Of a DNA stretch of 64,000 bases, positions 36,741 to 50,194 are shown piece after piece. Positions within the stretch are counted from its first letter, which is position 1; each line of letters starts with the position of its first letter. The stretch lies in contig NC_090380.1 of the NCBI RefSeq assembly GCF_036365525.1, positions 77,749,784 through 77,813,783 on the forward strand. The letters run 5' to 3'. Source of the stretch: Heterodontus francisci. Lineage: Eukaryota. The position numbers and the translations under genes were made by a program. The notes under the pieces were generated by a model. It worked only from the letters and a program-made list of their open reading frames with translations. It did not search any database and was not told the DNA's origin.

Positions 36741-37134
36741 TTATTATGATAAGACATAGCAAAGGAACGAGTGGTTTGACAAAAATTAGTTAAGGAGTAA
36801 AGTATTGTTTGAACCAGAAAGAGGGAAAACATCCAGCTACCTGAGGATGACACAATCGGTTACTGTATTGCTACTTCTTTCGCTAGGACAAAGGACGCCC
36901 ATGCTTTCTTACATTCAAACACCCAATCTTGGTAGTTCTGTTGGGAAGAAGGCATTCCCCATCGGAAGTGAAGGGAAACTATTGGGAGAATTGGGAACAA
37001 TCAATCAGTGAACATTTCTCATGCCACAACAAAAATTTATATGACTAAGTCTGCCTTTTTGATGCCAGCACTATTTGCCAATTTTGTCCTCTCCTTTCCC
37101 CCCATCCATACCCAGCAAGTTGTGCGTTAATCTG

Positions 37135-37460
37135 GAGCCTCACAGCTCCAGCGACCCGGGTTCTGTTCTGGGTACTGCCTGTGCGAAGTTTGCAAGTTCT
37201 CCCTGTGACCGCATGGGTTTCTGCCGGATGCTCTGGTTTCCTCCCACAGACAAAGACTTGCAGGTTGATAGGTAAATTGGCCATTGTAAATTGCCCCTAG
37301 TGTAGGTAGGTGGCAGGAGAATTGAGGGAAGGTGGGGATGTGGTAGGGAATATGGGATTAATGTAGGATTAGTGTAAATGGGTGGTTGATGGTCGGCACA
37401 GACTCGGTGGGCCGAAGGCCCTGCTTCAGTGCTGTATGACTCTGTGACTCGATGACTCTG
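37135..37460 (+). mobile_element. HE1-type V-SINE (5' truncated)
   Basis: GCCTCACAGCTCCAGCGACCCGGGTTC...CTCTGGTTTCCTCCCACA (V-domain)...GGGCCGAAGGCCCTG tail. Confidence 0.88.
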
Positions 37461-37653
37461 GAGCAAGTTTTAGTTGGTCTTCATTCAAGTAGATTATAAA
37501 ACAGGTAAATAAAGAAATAAATAAATTGTTGAAGATTGCCAAAAGAATTGGTCACTGTTAAGCCTTGGATACCTTCTTTTACTATCATTCACTCCCACAA
37601 ATGGGAGTTGGCTCATGTAGTATTTGTGTAATATGCTAATGATGTGATGATGT

Positions 37654-38571
37654 TGTCATGCAGACCCCCATCAGCCAAGAATGAGGCCTATTAATTTTGT
37701 CACATGAACATTGATTTTAAACTTGCTAGGAAGAAGAGAAGGCCTGTTACAAGGGCTACCAGACACGTAGCTGAAAAACATTTGCATACTAACAGACAGT
37801 GCTTGTGGAGACAAAGGATCATTCCCAGACACATTCAACCCACAATCGATTTTGATTACCAGACATTGAAGGTGTTAGGAAGGGCATTCCAGAGACTGCT
37901 AAGGTGATACAATCCACAAAAGCCAGGACTGGTTAAACCAGCTGGTCACATGACTATCTGGCTGGTCCAGAGTTTTTGAACTAGCCACAGAGTTTTTGAA
38001 GGCAGAAAGACTGTTTACTCTTGTAATGAGAACATAAGACCATAAGAACAACTCTCTTGTCTACTCCCATCTCTTTCTCACAACCCTCTGACCCACTGAG
38101 GACACATGAACTTCAAGAGAGAAAAGTCTCCTACATCGAACAAGGTTTAAGAAGAATATTGGGCCCCAATGAAAAGCAAGACCTACCTACAATCAAGGAC
38201 TCTACAGCAAGCTTGAAAAACAGTAGCCAAAATTATCTTCAGATATTGCCTCAAACTTTTCCACTTTATTTCTTCTGCTCTTTTCTGTCTCTATTTGCAT
38301 GTGTGTATCGCGTATGCATGCTAGCTGTAGCATGTCACATGTCCGTAGGTGTTAACTGAATTAGAGTTTAAGTTTAATTAAGTTCAACCTTTTTTCTTTA
38401 AAACTGAGAAAACCGGTTTCTGGTTTCTTTGCCTTATAATTGGAAGTTAGTGAACAAGGATTCACTAAGGGGGAGTTAATAAAAGTTGTGTTTAAAATTA
38501 AACCCTGTTACGGTAAGACCAGGTGAAGGCTGTGAGGGAACCCTAGACCCCTTTCTCACCTGGTCGTAACA
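37654..38571 (+). mobile_element. Solo LTR (918 bp) inserted in the 5' LTR of the Gypsy element
   Basis: TGTCATG...GGTCGTAACA termini with a 4-bp ATGT TSD. Orientation is inferred. Confidence 0.85.
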
Positions 38572-39243
38572 ATGTAATGACATGATGATATCATGATGTA
38601 AATAAAGAGTTCCTTGAACTGGCCATGCTTGGTGTCCATCTTATGCTAGTGTCACCCAAATACATCACAGAAAATTGTAATGAGGATGAGATAAAAGGTT
38701 GTCAATATAGGCAGCAAACAGCAGCAATGATTGCAGTGAACAAGATTAGCCAGCTTCTGATACCTACATGCTCAGACGGCAGAGATTTTGTCTGGTTTGT
38801 GTGAAGCCTGAGCCTCAAGCTGTTTCCTCAGTGGACTGGGATGACACAGGGTTCTAGTGTGCATCATATTCAAACTGCTCATTTGGAGAAATGAATATTT
38901 TCAACCACCGACTAGATTGATTTTAGGTGTCACTGCTACAGAGAGCCACTGTCAAGGGTTTTCTGACTTACTGTGAATTTGCAAACAGGACAATATGGCT
39001 GTGCCCAAGGGATACATCGGAAGGCTAGAGACATATGAAAGAGCTCAAGAACCATTCAGTTCGTATATTGAAAGAATGGACATGTTTTCCGGAGCTAATA
39101 TTTTTAAACTCAAAAGTGATAGTGAAGAAGTCAAGACTCAGAATAAGGCAACTCTTGAGCACAAGAAAGCAATTTTGCTAACAGAAATTGGCCTGGATGT
39201 GTATGGCACACTAACAAACCTATTGCTCCCAACAAGGCAAGAG

Positions 39244-39776
39244 ATCACAGAATCAGAATTGTTACAGCGCAGAAGGAGGCCATTCATCCCATCATGTCTG
39301 CACAGGCTCTCAGAACAAGCAATTCACTTAGTGCCATTCCCCTGCCTTCTCCCTGTAACCCTGCACATTCTTCCTTTTCATATAACAGTTTAATTCCCTT
39401 TTGAATGCTTCAATTGAACCTGCCTCCACCGCACTCTCAGGCAACGCATTCAAGATCTTAACCACTCACTGTGTGAAAAATGTTTTCCTCATGTCACTTT
39501 TGCTTCTCTTACCCATTACTTTAAATCTGTGTCCTCTCATTCTCGATCCTTTCACAAGTGGGAACAGTGTCTCTCTATCTACTCTGTCCAGACCCTTCAT
39601 GATTTTGAATACCTCTATCAAGTCACCTCTCAGCCTTCTCTTCTCTAGGGAAAAGAGTCCCAACTTCTCCAATCTATCTTCATAACTGAAGTTCTTCATC
39701 CCTGGAACCATTCTCATGAATCTTTTCTGCATTCTCTCCAATGCCCTCACACCTTTCCTAAAGTGCGACACCCAGA
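39244..39776 (-). mobile_element. CR1-like LINE 3' fragment within gag
   Basis: ALERMQKRFMRMVPGMKNFSYEDRLEKLGLFSLEKRRLRGDLIEVFKIMKG. Confidence 0.9.
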
Positions 39777-41074
39777 TGTGCCATTCAAAACAATCATCAC
39801 CAAGTTGGAGGAACATTTCAACCCTAAGCCACTTGAGATAGCTGAAAGCTACAAATTTGGAACCAGAAATCAGTAAAGTAGTGAAACAGTTGGTGAGTAT
39901 ATTGTGGCACTGAAGAATATATCATTATATTGCAACTTTGGCACATTGTTAGACACGAGACAGATTTGTGTGTGGAATGGTGGATGAAAGAATCCAACTG
40001 AAGTTTGTAAACACACAAAATTTTACCTCTGAGCTAGATTGTAAGATTTCTTTTTCCAAAGAGATGGCATCAAGGAATGCTCAAGAATTTTGTCCTATGC
40101 CACTGACTAGTGCAGCTTCCGTCCACTGTCAGAAGGCTTCTGCCAAGGCTGAAGTGGAGAGATCTAGTCAGAAGAGTGCTGGTGATAGTGGTTTATTGTC
40201 TTGTTATTGCTGTAAGGGCAACCACATGGCACAAGCATGTCAATACAGTAATACCAAATGCTTTAATTGCCAAATAAAATATTGGAACTTCTTGCTGAGC
40301 AAAGACAAAAGCAGGAAAGGGAACTTATCCAGTGGTAATAGAAAACAGTGACATCACAAGGGTGGAGTTCACAATCTTGAAGTGAATCCAGAGTGCCTAA
40401 GTGAAGAGGAACTAGGACTGTACAGCAGTTATGCCACTAGCAATCACTCAAATGACAGAGACTTATACAAAGGTGTTGGTAAATCGACAATATATCAACA
40501 CATGCATTGACACAGCTGCAGATTGCACAATTATGAGTAGAGACACATAGGAGTGCAAATTCAGTGACATACATTCTAACTGAGAGCACAGTTCCATTAA
40601 AAACCTACTCTGATGAGGTGTTAGGAATGTGCGGACAAATGGAATGCATTGTCCAATAAGAGGGCAAGTCCCTTAAGTTACCCATTGTAGTGAGGTAAAT
40701 CAACAAACCAAAGTTAATGGGCAAAGAATGGCCTGGTAAGCTGAAGTTAGACTGGAAGCATGTTTTCCAGGTTGAGATGACCAAGAAACTTGATCAGCTA
40801 TTGAATAATTACAGGAACATTTTCAAGGATAGTTATGAAGGTGTAATCAGTGTGAAAGCGCACATCTGAATTAGGCTTGATGCAAAACCAGTATATTGCA
40901 AGGCTAGGCCAGTTCCTTATGCTCGGAAAACCCAGGTTGAAGAGGAATTAAAGAAGCTAGAGAGAAATGGTGCGCGAGTGAAAATTAATCACAGTATTGA
41001 ACAACCGCAATTGTAGTAGTGCCCAAGTCAGACAAAACCATAAGACTCTGTGGGGACTACAAAGTCACAAAGTC

Positions 41075-41468
41075 ATTGGGGAGATGGTGGCATAGTGTTA
41101 ATGTCACTGAATTAGTAATCCAGCAGCCCAGGCTAATGTCCTGGAGACACGGGCTCAAATCCCACCATAGCAGTGTTTAAATTTAATATAAATCTGGAAT
41201 TGAAAGCTAGTCTCAGTAATGGTGCTGGGAACCTATCATCGATTGTCGTAAAAACACATCTGGTTCACTAATGTCCCAGAGGGAAGGAAATCTGCTGTCC
41301 TTACCTGGTCTGGCCTACATGTGACTCCAGACCCACAGCAATGTGGTTGACTCTTAATTGCCCTCTGAAATGGTCCAGCAAGCCATTCAATTGTTCAAGG
41401 GAAATTAGAGATGGGCACCAAATGGTGGCCTTGTCAGGAATGCCCTCATCCCATGAAAGAATTTTTTA
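41075..41468 (+). mobile_element. SacSINE1/DeuSINE-type SINE within RT
   Basis: tRNA-like head GGTGGCATAGTGTTAATGTCACTG...CAAATCCCACCA, Deu-like core, LINE-like tail. Confidence 0.8.
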
Positions 41469-42139
41469 AAAATCAACCAGGCAGTGAATGATGAGCAGTA
41501 TCCACTACCAAGCTCTCAAGATTTGTATGAAGAGTCAGTGGGATCTAAGCTAATCACAAAGTTGGACTTGTCCCATGCTTACAGCAGTATTTTACAATAA
41601 ACACACACATGGGGTTATACTCCTGCATGAAGCTGCCCTATGGTGTGAAGTCTTCTCCAAAAATCTTCCAAGCTACAATGGATAAGATTTAGCAACGAGT
41701 GCCACATTGCTTGTGTAATCGGGATGATGTGTTAATTGTGACCACAACAGAGGAAGAGAATTTTCAAGTGTTGGATGAAGTGTTAAAAAGGCTCAATGCT
41801 CACAATGTGAAGTTGAAAAAGAGCAAGTGTGCATTCATGCAATCTGAGGTATTGTACCTTGGCTTGAAAATCAATGAAAAAGGACTATAGGCAGTGAAAG
41901 AGAAGATAGAGGCAATAGGCAATGCCCCAAAGCCAAAAAGATGTGTTTGGGCTTACATCATTTCTAGGCATGGTCCAATACTACTCGCGATTTCTGCCTG
42001 AGCTTGCAGCAGTGTTAGCTCCACTATGTGAGTTGTTGTCTAAAGCCCAACAAGATACTTATGATGCAAGTAAGAGAAGATTGACCAGTGATCCACGACT
42101 CATTAATTATAACACAAATCATGTCCTGAAGCTAGCATG

Positions 42140-45058
42140 TCCCACTGGCAGGACAGACTCACCAGAGGTGGCAGTTGGGAGGGAGTTGCCCTGAGAGTTC
42201 TCAACATTTTCTCCGGACCCCATAAAGTCTCATGGCATCAGGTCAAACATGAGCAAAGAAACCTCCTGCTGATTACCACCTACCACCTCCCCTCGGCTGA
42301 TGCATTAGTGCTTCTCCATGGTGAACACCAATTGGAAGAAGCATTGAGGAATGTACTCTGGGTGGGGACTTCAATGTCCTTCACCAAGAGTGGCTCGGTA
42401 GCACCACTACTGACCAAGCTGGCCGAGTCCTAAAGGACATAACTGCTAGACTTGGTCTGTGGCAGGTGGTGAGGGAACCAACATGAGGGAAAAGCCTACT
42501 TGACTTCATCCTCACCAATCCACCTGTCGCAGATGCATCTGTTCATGACAGTATTGGTAGGAGGGATCACCGCACAGTCCTTGTGGAGACAAAGTCCCAT
42601 CTTTACATTGAGGATACCCACCATCATGTTGTGTGGCACTACCACTGTGCTAAATGGGATAGATTTCGAACAGATATAGCAACTCAAAACTGGGCATCCA
42701 AGATGCGCTGTGGGCCATCAGCTGCAGCAAAATTGTACTCAACCACAATCTGTAACCTCATGGCCTGGCATATTCCCCACTCTACCATTACCATCAAGCT
42801 GGGAGACCAACCCTGGTTCAATGAAAAGTGCAGGAGGGCATGCCAGGAGCTGCACCAAGCATGCCTAAAAATGAGGTGTCAGCCTGCTGAAGCTACAACA
42901 CAGGACTACTTGCATGCCAAACAGCGGAAACAGCATGCAATAGACAGGGCCATGCAATCCCACAACCAACGGATCAGATCTGAGCTCTGCAGTCTTGCCG
43001 CATCCAGTCGTGAATGGTGGTGGACAATTAAACAACTGACAGTAGGAGGAGGCTCCACAAACATCCCCGTCCTCAACGATGGGGGAGCCCAGCACATCAG
43101 TGCAAAAGACAAGGCTGAAACATTTGCATCCATCTTCAGTCAGAAGTGTCGAGTGGATGATCCATCTCAGCCTCCTTCTGCGATCCCCAGCATCACAGAT
43201 GCCAGTCTTCAGCCAACCCGATTCACTCCATGTGATATCAAGAAATGGCAGAAGGCACTGGATACTGCAAAGGCTATGGACCCGGACAACATTCCGGCAA
43301 TAGTACTGAAGACTTGTGCTCCAGAACTAGCCGTGCCCCAGCCAAGCTGTTCCAGTACAGCTACAACACTGGCATCTACCCAGCAATGTGGAAAATTGCC
43401 CTAGTATGTCCTGTACACAAAAAGCAGGACAAATCCAACCCAGCCATTTACTGCCTTATTAGGGGCGACACAGTGGCGCAGTGGTTAGCACCGCAGCCTC
43501 ACAGCTCCAACGACCCAGGTTCGGTTCTGGGTACTGCCTGTGTGGAGTTTGCAAGTTTCCCTGTGACTGCGTGGGTTTCCGCCGGGTGCTCCGGTTTCCT
43601 CCCACAGCCAAAGACTTGCAGGTTGATAGGTAAATTGACCATTGTAAATTGCCCCTAGAAAGAAGAGTATAAATGGGTGGTTGTTGGTCGGCACAGACTC
43701 GGTGGGCCGCAGGGCCTGTTTCAGTGCTGCATGACTCTATGATCGTCTACTCTCGATCATCAGCAAAGTGATGAAAGGGGTCATCGACAGCGCTATCAAG
43801 CGGCACTTACTCAGCAATAACCTGCTCATTGAAGCTCATTTTGGGTTTCGCCAGGGCCGCTCAGCTCCTGACCTCATTACAGCCTTGGACAAATGAGGTG
43901 AAGTGAGAGTGACTGCTCTTGACATCAAGGCAGCATTTGACCGAGTATGGCATCAAGGAGCCTCAGGAAAACTGGAGTCAATGGGAATCAGGGGGAAAAC
44001 TCTCCACTGGTTGGAGTCATACCTAGCACAAAGGAAGATGGTTGTGATTGTTGGAGGTCAATCATCTCAGTCCCAGGACATCACTGCAGGAGTTCATCAG
44101 GGTAGTGTCCTAGGCCCAATCATCAATGACCTTCCCTTCATTATAAGGTCAGAAGTGGGGATGTTCGCTGATGATTGTACAATGTTCAGCACCATTCGTG
44201 ACTCCTCAGATACTGAAGCAGCCCTTGTCCACATACAGCAAGACCTGGACAACATCCAGGCTTAGGCTGATAAGAGGCAAGTAACATTTGCACCACACAA
44301 GTGTCAGGCAATGACCATCTCAAACAAGAGAGAATCTAACCATCTTCCCTTGATGTTCAATGGCATTACCATTGCTGAATCCCCCACTATCAACATCCTA
44401 GGAGTTACCATTGACCAGAAACTGAACTGGACCAGCCATATAAATACTATGGCTACAAGAGTAGGTCAGAGACTGGGCATTCTGCAGCGAGTAACTCACC
44501 TCCTGACTCTCCAATGCCTGTCCACCACCTATAAGGCACAAGTCAGGAGTGTCACGGAATACTTGCTTGGATGGGTGCAGCTCCAATAACACTCAAGAAG
44601 CTCGACACTATCCAAGACAAAGCAGCCCGCTTGATTAGCACCCCATCCATCACCTTAAACATTCACTCCCTTCAACACCAACGCACAGTGGCAGCAATGT
44701 GTACCATCTACTAGATGCACTGCAGCAACTCACCAAGGCTCCTTTGACAGCACCTTCCAAACCTCAAACTGCAACCTTTGCCAGCTAGAATGACAAGGGC
44801 AGTAGATGCATGGAAACACCACCACCTGCAAGTTCACCTCCAAGTCACACACCATCCTGACTTGGAACTATATCGCCGTTTCTTCACTGTCCAAAATCCT
44901 GGAACTCCCTTCCTAACAGCACTGTGGGTGTACCTACACCCCAAGGACTGCAACGATTCAGGAAGGCAGTTCACCACCACCTTCTCAAGGGCAATTAGGG
45001 ATGGGCAATAAATGCTGGCCTAGCCAGAGACGCCTACATCCCATAAACATATTTTTTA
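42140..45058 (+). mobile_element. CR1-like LINE (endonuclease remnant, RT, 3' UTR)
   Basis: PWFNEKCRRA; KAMDPDNIP; ALDIKAAFDRVWHQG; QGSVLGP; FADDC; tail GCAATAAATGCTGGCCTAGCC. Confidence 0.92.
43461..43741 (+). mobile_element. HE1-type V-SINE nested in the LINE
   Basis: GGGGCGACACAGTGGCGCAGTGGTTAGCACCGCAGCCTCACAG (A box) ... GGTTCGGTTC (B-box-like) ... V-domain. Confidence 0.9.
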
Positions 45059-45254
45059 AAATGCTTCAAACTATGGAGTTGGAGCAATGATCAGTCATGT
45101 CATGGATGAAGGTCAAGAGAAGCCCATAGCATTTGTGTCATGTACCCTGACCATGAGTGAACACAACTACCCGCAGATAGAAAAGGAAGCACTTGGAATC
45201 TTCTTTGAAATCAAAACGTTTCATTAATTTTACGCTAGTAAAATGTGGCAGTCC

Positions 45255-45760
45255 TGTCAAAGGCAGAGCTCTCGTGTGTTGGCACTAATCAAACAGAGGC
45301 GGTTTTGGTTTATCGGACACATCTGCAGGACAGAAGACTGTTGCATACCCAAAGACCTTCTGTATGTTGAGGTAGCCGGGGCCAGATGACCAGTGGGGCA
45401 CCCAAAGCTCCGCTTCAAGGATGCTTGCAAGCATGACATGAAGGCCCTAAATGTTGACTATTGCACCTGGGAGTCACAAACTGGCAAAAGAGGAAAATGG
45501 CAACACATCCTGTGGACTGGTTTGCACTACCATGATGACCAGTTGCTACAGCAGCTTGGCAATAGGCGCCAATGTCAAAAAAAACAACCCACATCGTTAC
45601 TTGGCAGATACACATGCGACACTTGTGGTAAAACCTGCCTCTCAAGGATTGGCCTTCAAGGCTGTCAGCAAAGGTGCACCAAAGAAGACACCCCACTTAA
45701 ATCAATTGTTTGCTGCGTGTCCATCATCTTTCGTAGATGGAAGGATGCCAACCAACAGAT
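45255..45760 (+). mobile_element. RTE LINE 3' fragment
   Basis: GHPKLRFKDACKHDMK...CDTCGKTCLSRIGL, ending TCGTAGATGGAAGGATGCC. Confidence 0.85.
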
Positions 45761-45821
45761 TATAAAGCCCCAGTAGCTATTCTGGGACCAAAGACTGCAA
45801 TACTGACAATGACAATGACAA

Positions 45822-46256
45822 TGGTCACCACAATATAGGAAGGATGTGATTGCACTGGAGAGGGTGCAGAGGAGATTCACCAGGATGTTGCCTGGGTTGG
45901 AGCATTTCAGCTATGAAGAGAGACTGGATAGACTAGGGTTGTTTTCCTTAGAGCAGAGAAGGCTGAGGAGGGAACTGATTGAGGTATACAAAATTATGAG
46001 GGGCATTGATAAGATAGATAGGAAGAAACTTTTCCCTTAACGGAGGGGTCAATAATCAGGGGGCATAAATTTAAGGTAAGGGGCTGGAGGTTTAGAGGGG
46101 ATTTAAGAAGTATTTAGATGAAACGCCATAGCATACAAGGCTACAGGCCAAGTGCTGGAAAATGGGATTAGAACAGGTAGGTGCTTGATGGCCGGCACAG
46201 AAACGATGGGCCGAAGGGCTTGTTTCTGTGCTGTATAACTCTTTGACTCTATCACT
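45822..46256 (+). mobile_element. CR1/HER1-type LINE 3' fragment
   Basis: ALERVQRRFTRMLPGLEHFSYEERLDRLGLFSLEQRRLR. Confidence 0.88.
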
Positions 46257-49200
46257 CTATGGCAGCATCAAGGATGCAGCGGTGGGCTGTATTTCTCTCT
46301 CAGTACAATTACAACATTGAATATCGCAGTTTGAAAGAGAATGCTGTAGCTGATGCACTATGGTGTTTGCCACATGAGGACTCAGAAGAAGACTGTGTAG
46401 GTGCAACCTTCACAATTGGAGTGGTAGATGAGGACTTTCCAATCCCTGCAACTGAAATTGCAGCTGAAACTCAGAAAGACTCAATATTGAAAAGAGTCTA
46501 CAGACAGACATTGAATGGATGGACAGAATTTAACAAGTGTACAGATGAGGAAGTGAAACCATTCCACAATTGTTGCAGTGAGTTGTCATGTGAACAGGAC
46601 TGCATTAAGTGGGGTTATAGAGTGGTAATACCTAGTTCTCTGGGAAATAGGATTTTGACAGAACTCCATACTGAACACATAGGAATAGTAGGAAATCCAT
46701 AGCTAGAAGTTTTGTTTATTGGCCTGGTCGAGACAGTGACGTACAATCAGTGGCTAGCAAATGTACTATCTGCCCTAACTGTAGAAATAAGCCGCCAAAT
46801 ACTCGTTTGCAATCGCGGTCATCATTGACCTGACGATTTCAAAATGTCCATGTAGTGTCTGCTAGCGCCACCCAAATAAATCACAGCTCACGATGCCCTA
46901 TATAAACTTGCATAATAGTGCAATCTGGTACGTAATAGTAGTACCCTCTTATGGTCTGAATTGGATGTATATGTCTGAGGCCCAGTACACATTGATTAAC
47001 TGCTTTATTTCACAAAATTGTGAACAATCAGAAGTTCTGATCAGATGCAGTTAATTTGATTAGTATCACATATCTTTGTGTAATAATACAAAATAAAAAC
47101 AGGCCTTGATACTCTACATCAGTGGGTCTTACTTGATTGAAACAAGGGCCCAGAAATTTGCTGTGCCAGGCCAACAAATGGCACCCGCTGTTAGTTAGAC
47201 GTGCACTTGTCCATTTAATGTTGACAATATTTTGCCCTGTGAGTTGCAAGCTGGAAATGGCACAGCCCCCTCCACAGGGATCTGAGTCAACAGAGCAAGC
47301 AATGGTGTATCTGCCTAACCAATCAGATTGAAGTATTCTGAAATTAACAGCACAGAACAAGAGAAGAAAATGCAATTTAGAATGGTGAATTCAATGTCAA
47401 ACTAGGTAAAGAAAGAGAAATAAAGTGAGGGAAAGAAAGACTGAATTCAGAGAGTGAAAAAAAGACAGAAACAAAAAGTTAAAAAAATTAACTTTTAAAA
47501 ATCTCCAACAACAGTTAAAGCCTGAAGGAATGAGACTCCAACTTATAATATTTAATTAACTGTGCCACAGAGTAATTAAACACCTATCACAGTCATTAGA
47601 AGGGTATTTAGACTTGAAACGAGTTGACTTAACTTTCTGTGGAAAATTTAGTTTGTACCATCCATGCCACTCAATGCATTTGAATGGGGCGTAAAAACCT
47701 ATGTCCAACTAACCAGAATTCCCAAAACCACGATATTTTCCCCTTCTTACATGTTGAATAGAAATTTTAGTCATGTATTTTCATTTCGCGATTGCATTCA
47801 AAGACTACAATCTATCAAAAGGGTTCTTGCCTTTTTTTCTTCTTGAGTTGTTTCATCCACTTTTTGGATTTGTTCTTTCAACATTTTCAAAGTATTTGCT
47901 TTGTCAGCTATAATGGACTGAGCCTAGTAGAGAATACTTATCATTAGCTGACAAGTGCTTTTTACTTTATAATTGATGTTTTGCACTTTCACTTATTTTC
48001 CAGCATTAATTACTTCCCTACCTGCTCACAGGCCCCTTTAACACTTTCTTTTTCTTCAGACTAACAATATCTTCATTTGTTTCCCTCAGTCGCGTCATTA
48101 GCTCAAGCTGTGGACAAGAAACTAGATCAAGTACAGGTTATATGAAAACCGGAAAGGGCAGATTACTTGCTTTTACATCACAAATAGATTTTTGTTGGTC
48201 CTAAGCCAACTCCATTTTATAGATTAGTTAGGAAATTATAAAATGCCATTTTGCATTTTAACTACTTAGAAATGGTTTGCCCATCCTTAATTTATAAGAT
48301 TTTCTGTTACTCACCTGCTCAAGGATAGATCAAATTACCTGCTTTAAGACACACACCATCTCACTGGCTTGATCCGACATTGATTTGCATGGTTTTTCTT
48401 TTTCCCAACTGGGAAAACACTTCCCATCTAGCCTATTCCCTTCTCAAAACTTTGCCTGGAATTTGTGGGGTGAAGTGTCTCATCCTATTACTTTATGGTA
48501 AACATCATATATCAATATACTTTTCTACATCCAGAAGTCATTGACAAGCTGCAGCTGAGTATTTCTGGAAATAAATCGAAATCTCCTTTGGATGGAGTGC
48601 CTGTTTAATGCAGAAATGGATACTGGAGCAGCTAGTGAGAGTTCCAAAATGAGAGCAAACTGCAGTGTAATCTAATGTGATAGAAAATGCTGTTGGCATG
48701 GGATTACAGTAGACAGTGCCAGTTGAAAAGTTATCACCAAAACAGACATGTTGGGTCAAAAAGCCTCCTTCAATGCTGTGCTTTCTATGACTCTACAAAA
48801 AAAAACAAAATGTTGGAAAGACACAAACCTGTAGTGCCTAAAAAGAGAAAAGAGAAAAAAAAGTAGCTAATAGCCTGGGTGGAGTTTCCACCTGAACCCT
48901 CAACCTAACTAGTTTTTCCTCCAGCTGCCGACAGACCCTCCTCTGCACATTGTCAAACATTTCCATTTCAAATTTTCAGTAGCCATATTTTCCTTTTCAT
49001 CTCTACTGTCCGACAGCCAATTTTCCAAACAAATTGGGTCTCTCCCAGTGAATCTAAGAAATCCCTGCTTTGCTACTAGATCTCCAAAATACAATGTGGA
49101 AATTATGGACTTTTCCCTCAGAAATTTCAGTGGAGGCACTGCAGTTTTTATTACTGTGTAGTCTTGCCGTATTCATCTACAATGAAACAAAAATTGAACG

Positions 49201-50194
49201 AGAAGCAATTTTTCTGCCAATTGCAGAACATTAGAGCACAGAAGTAGGTCAGCTGGTCTAATAGATTGGTGCTGCTGTTTTTACTTCACAAGACACCTAG
49301 CCTAATACCCCCTCTCTTGCTTATTCCCATACCCTTTAATATTCCTCTTCCAAGCAACCAGTTTCCAATTTAAAGAATTTATATACTCTCCTTCAACTAT
49401 GGTTTGGGCAGAGAATTCCACATCCTAACCACTCTCTGGGCAAAAAAAATTTTCTTACCACCTTGATCTTTAGTTCTTCTTGACTATCTTAAATCTGCTC
49501 CTCGTTACTGTCTTGACAATTAGTACAGGTAATCCATCACTATTTACCTCACCATAATCTTCAAGTACTATTAGGTCTCCCTTTAATATTCTGTGTCACT
49601 GTGACACAACACCTTCTGCTCCAATTTATTCCACATTGTAAAGCTTCAAGGTAACAGAAGAGATTGTGAAAAGCACTACATAAATGCAAGTTTTTGTTTT
49701 TACAAAAGATAGATTTGATACCAGATTACTTCTACCTAGGAGCAACAAAATATGAATTAAGTAATAAAAGGTGTTTGTTTAGCATGGGTTTAAAAGAAAC
49801 TTGAAGCATAAGTAGAACCAGATTTATATTCAAAAGATGAACACAGAGGCACTGACACTTGATAGCAGCTGCCAGCCAGTACCCACAAAGAAAAATTGAC
49901 CACAGCGAATCATTAGTCTCCAAATTAATCATTTTAAATCTGAGATTGCTAGATTTTTGTGAGCCAAAGGCATCAAGGGGCATGGAGCCAAGGCAGAAAG
50001 TGTATTGCTCAGTGACTGCAGGCATAGTCTGAAACTGTTTAACCAGTATTCATTTCCATTGCTTGCTGGCCGGCAATGTCATTCTATAGATGCTTGATTA
50101 GACCACACTTGACACATTTGAACAGTTCTTGTCCCCACATTATAAAAATAATATGGAGGTACTGGAGAAGGAGCAAACAAAATTTTCAAGGAGA

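Larger units (their letters stand above)
37616..46885 (+). mobile_element. Degenerate Gypsy LTR retrotransposon hosting at least seven nested insertions
   Basis: 5-bp TSD GCTCA (37611-37615 and 46886-46890). The LTR end GCTAG.G.CACCCAAATA.ATCACA occurs at 38645-38669 and 46861-46885. Contains gag (MAVPKGYIGRLE...; CYCCKGNH...C..C), RT (LCGDYK, KLDLSHAY, LPYGV, DDVLI), RNase H (YPQIEKEALGI, RMQRWA) and integrase zinc-finger remnants. The integrase core and most of the 3' LTR are deleted. Confidence 0.88.
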
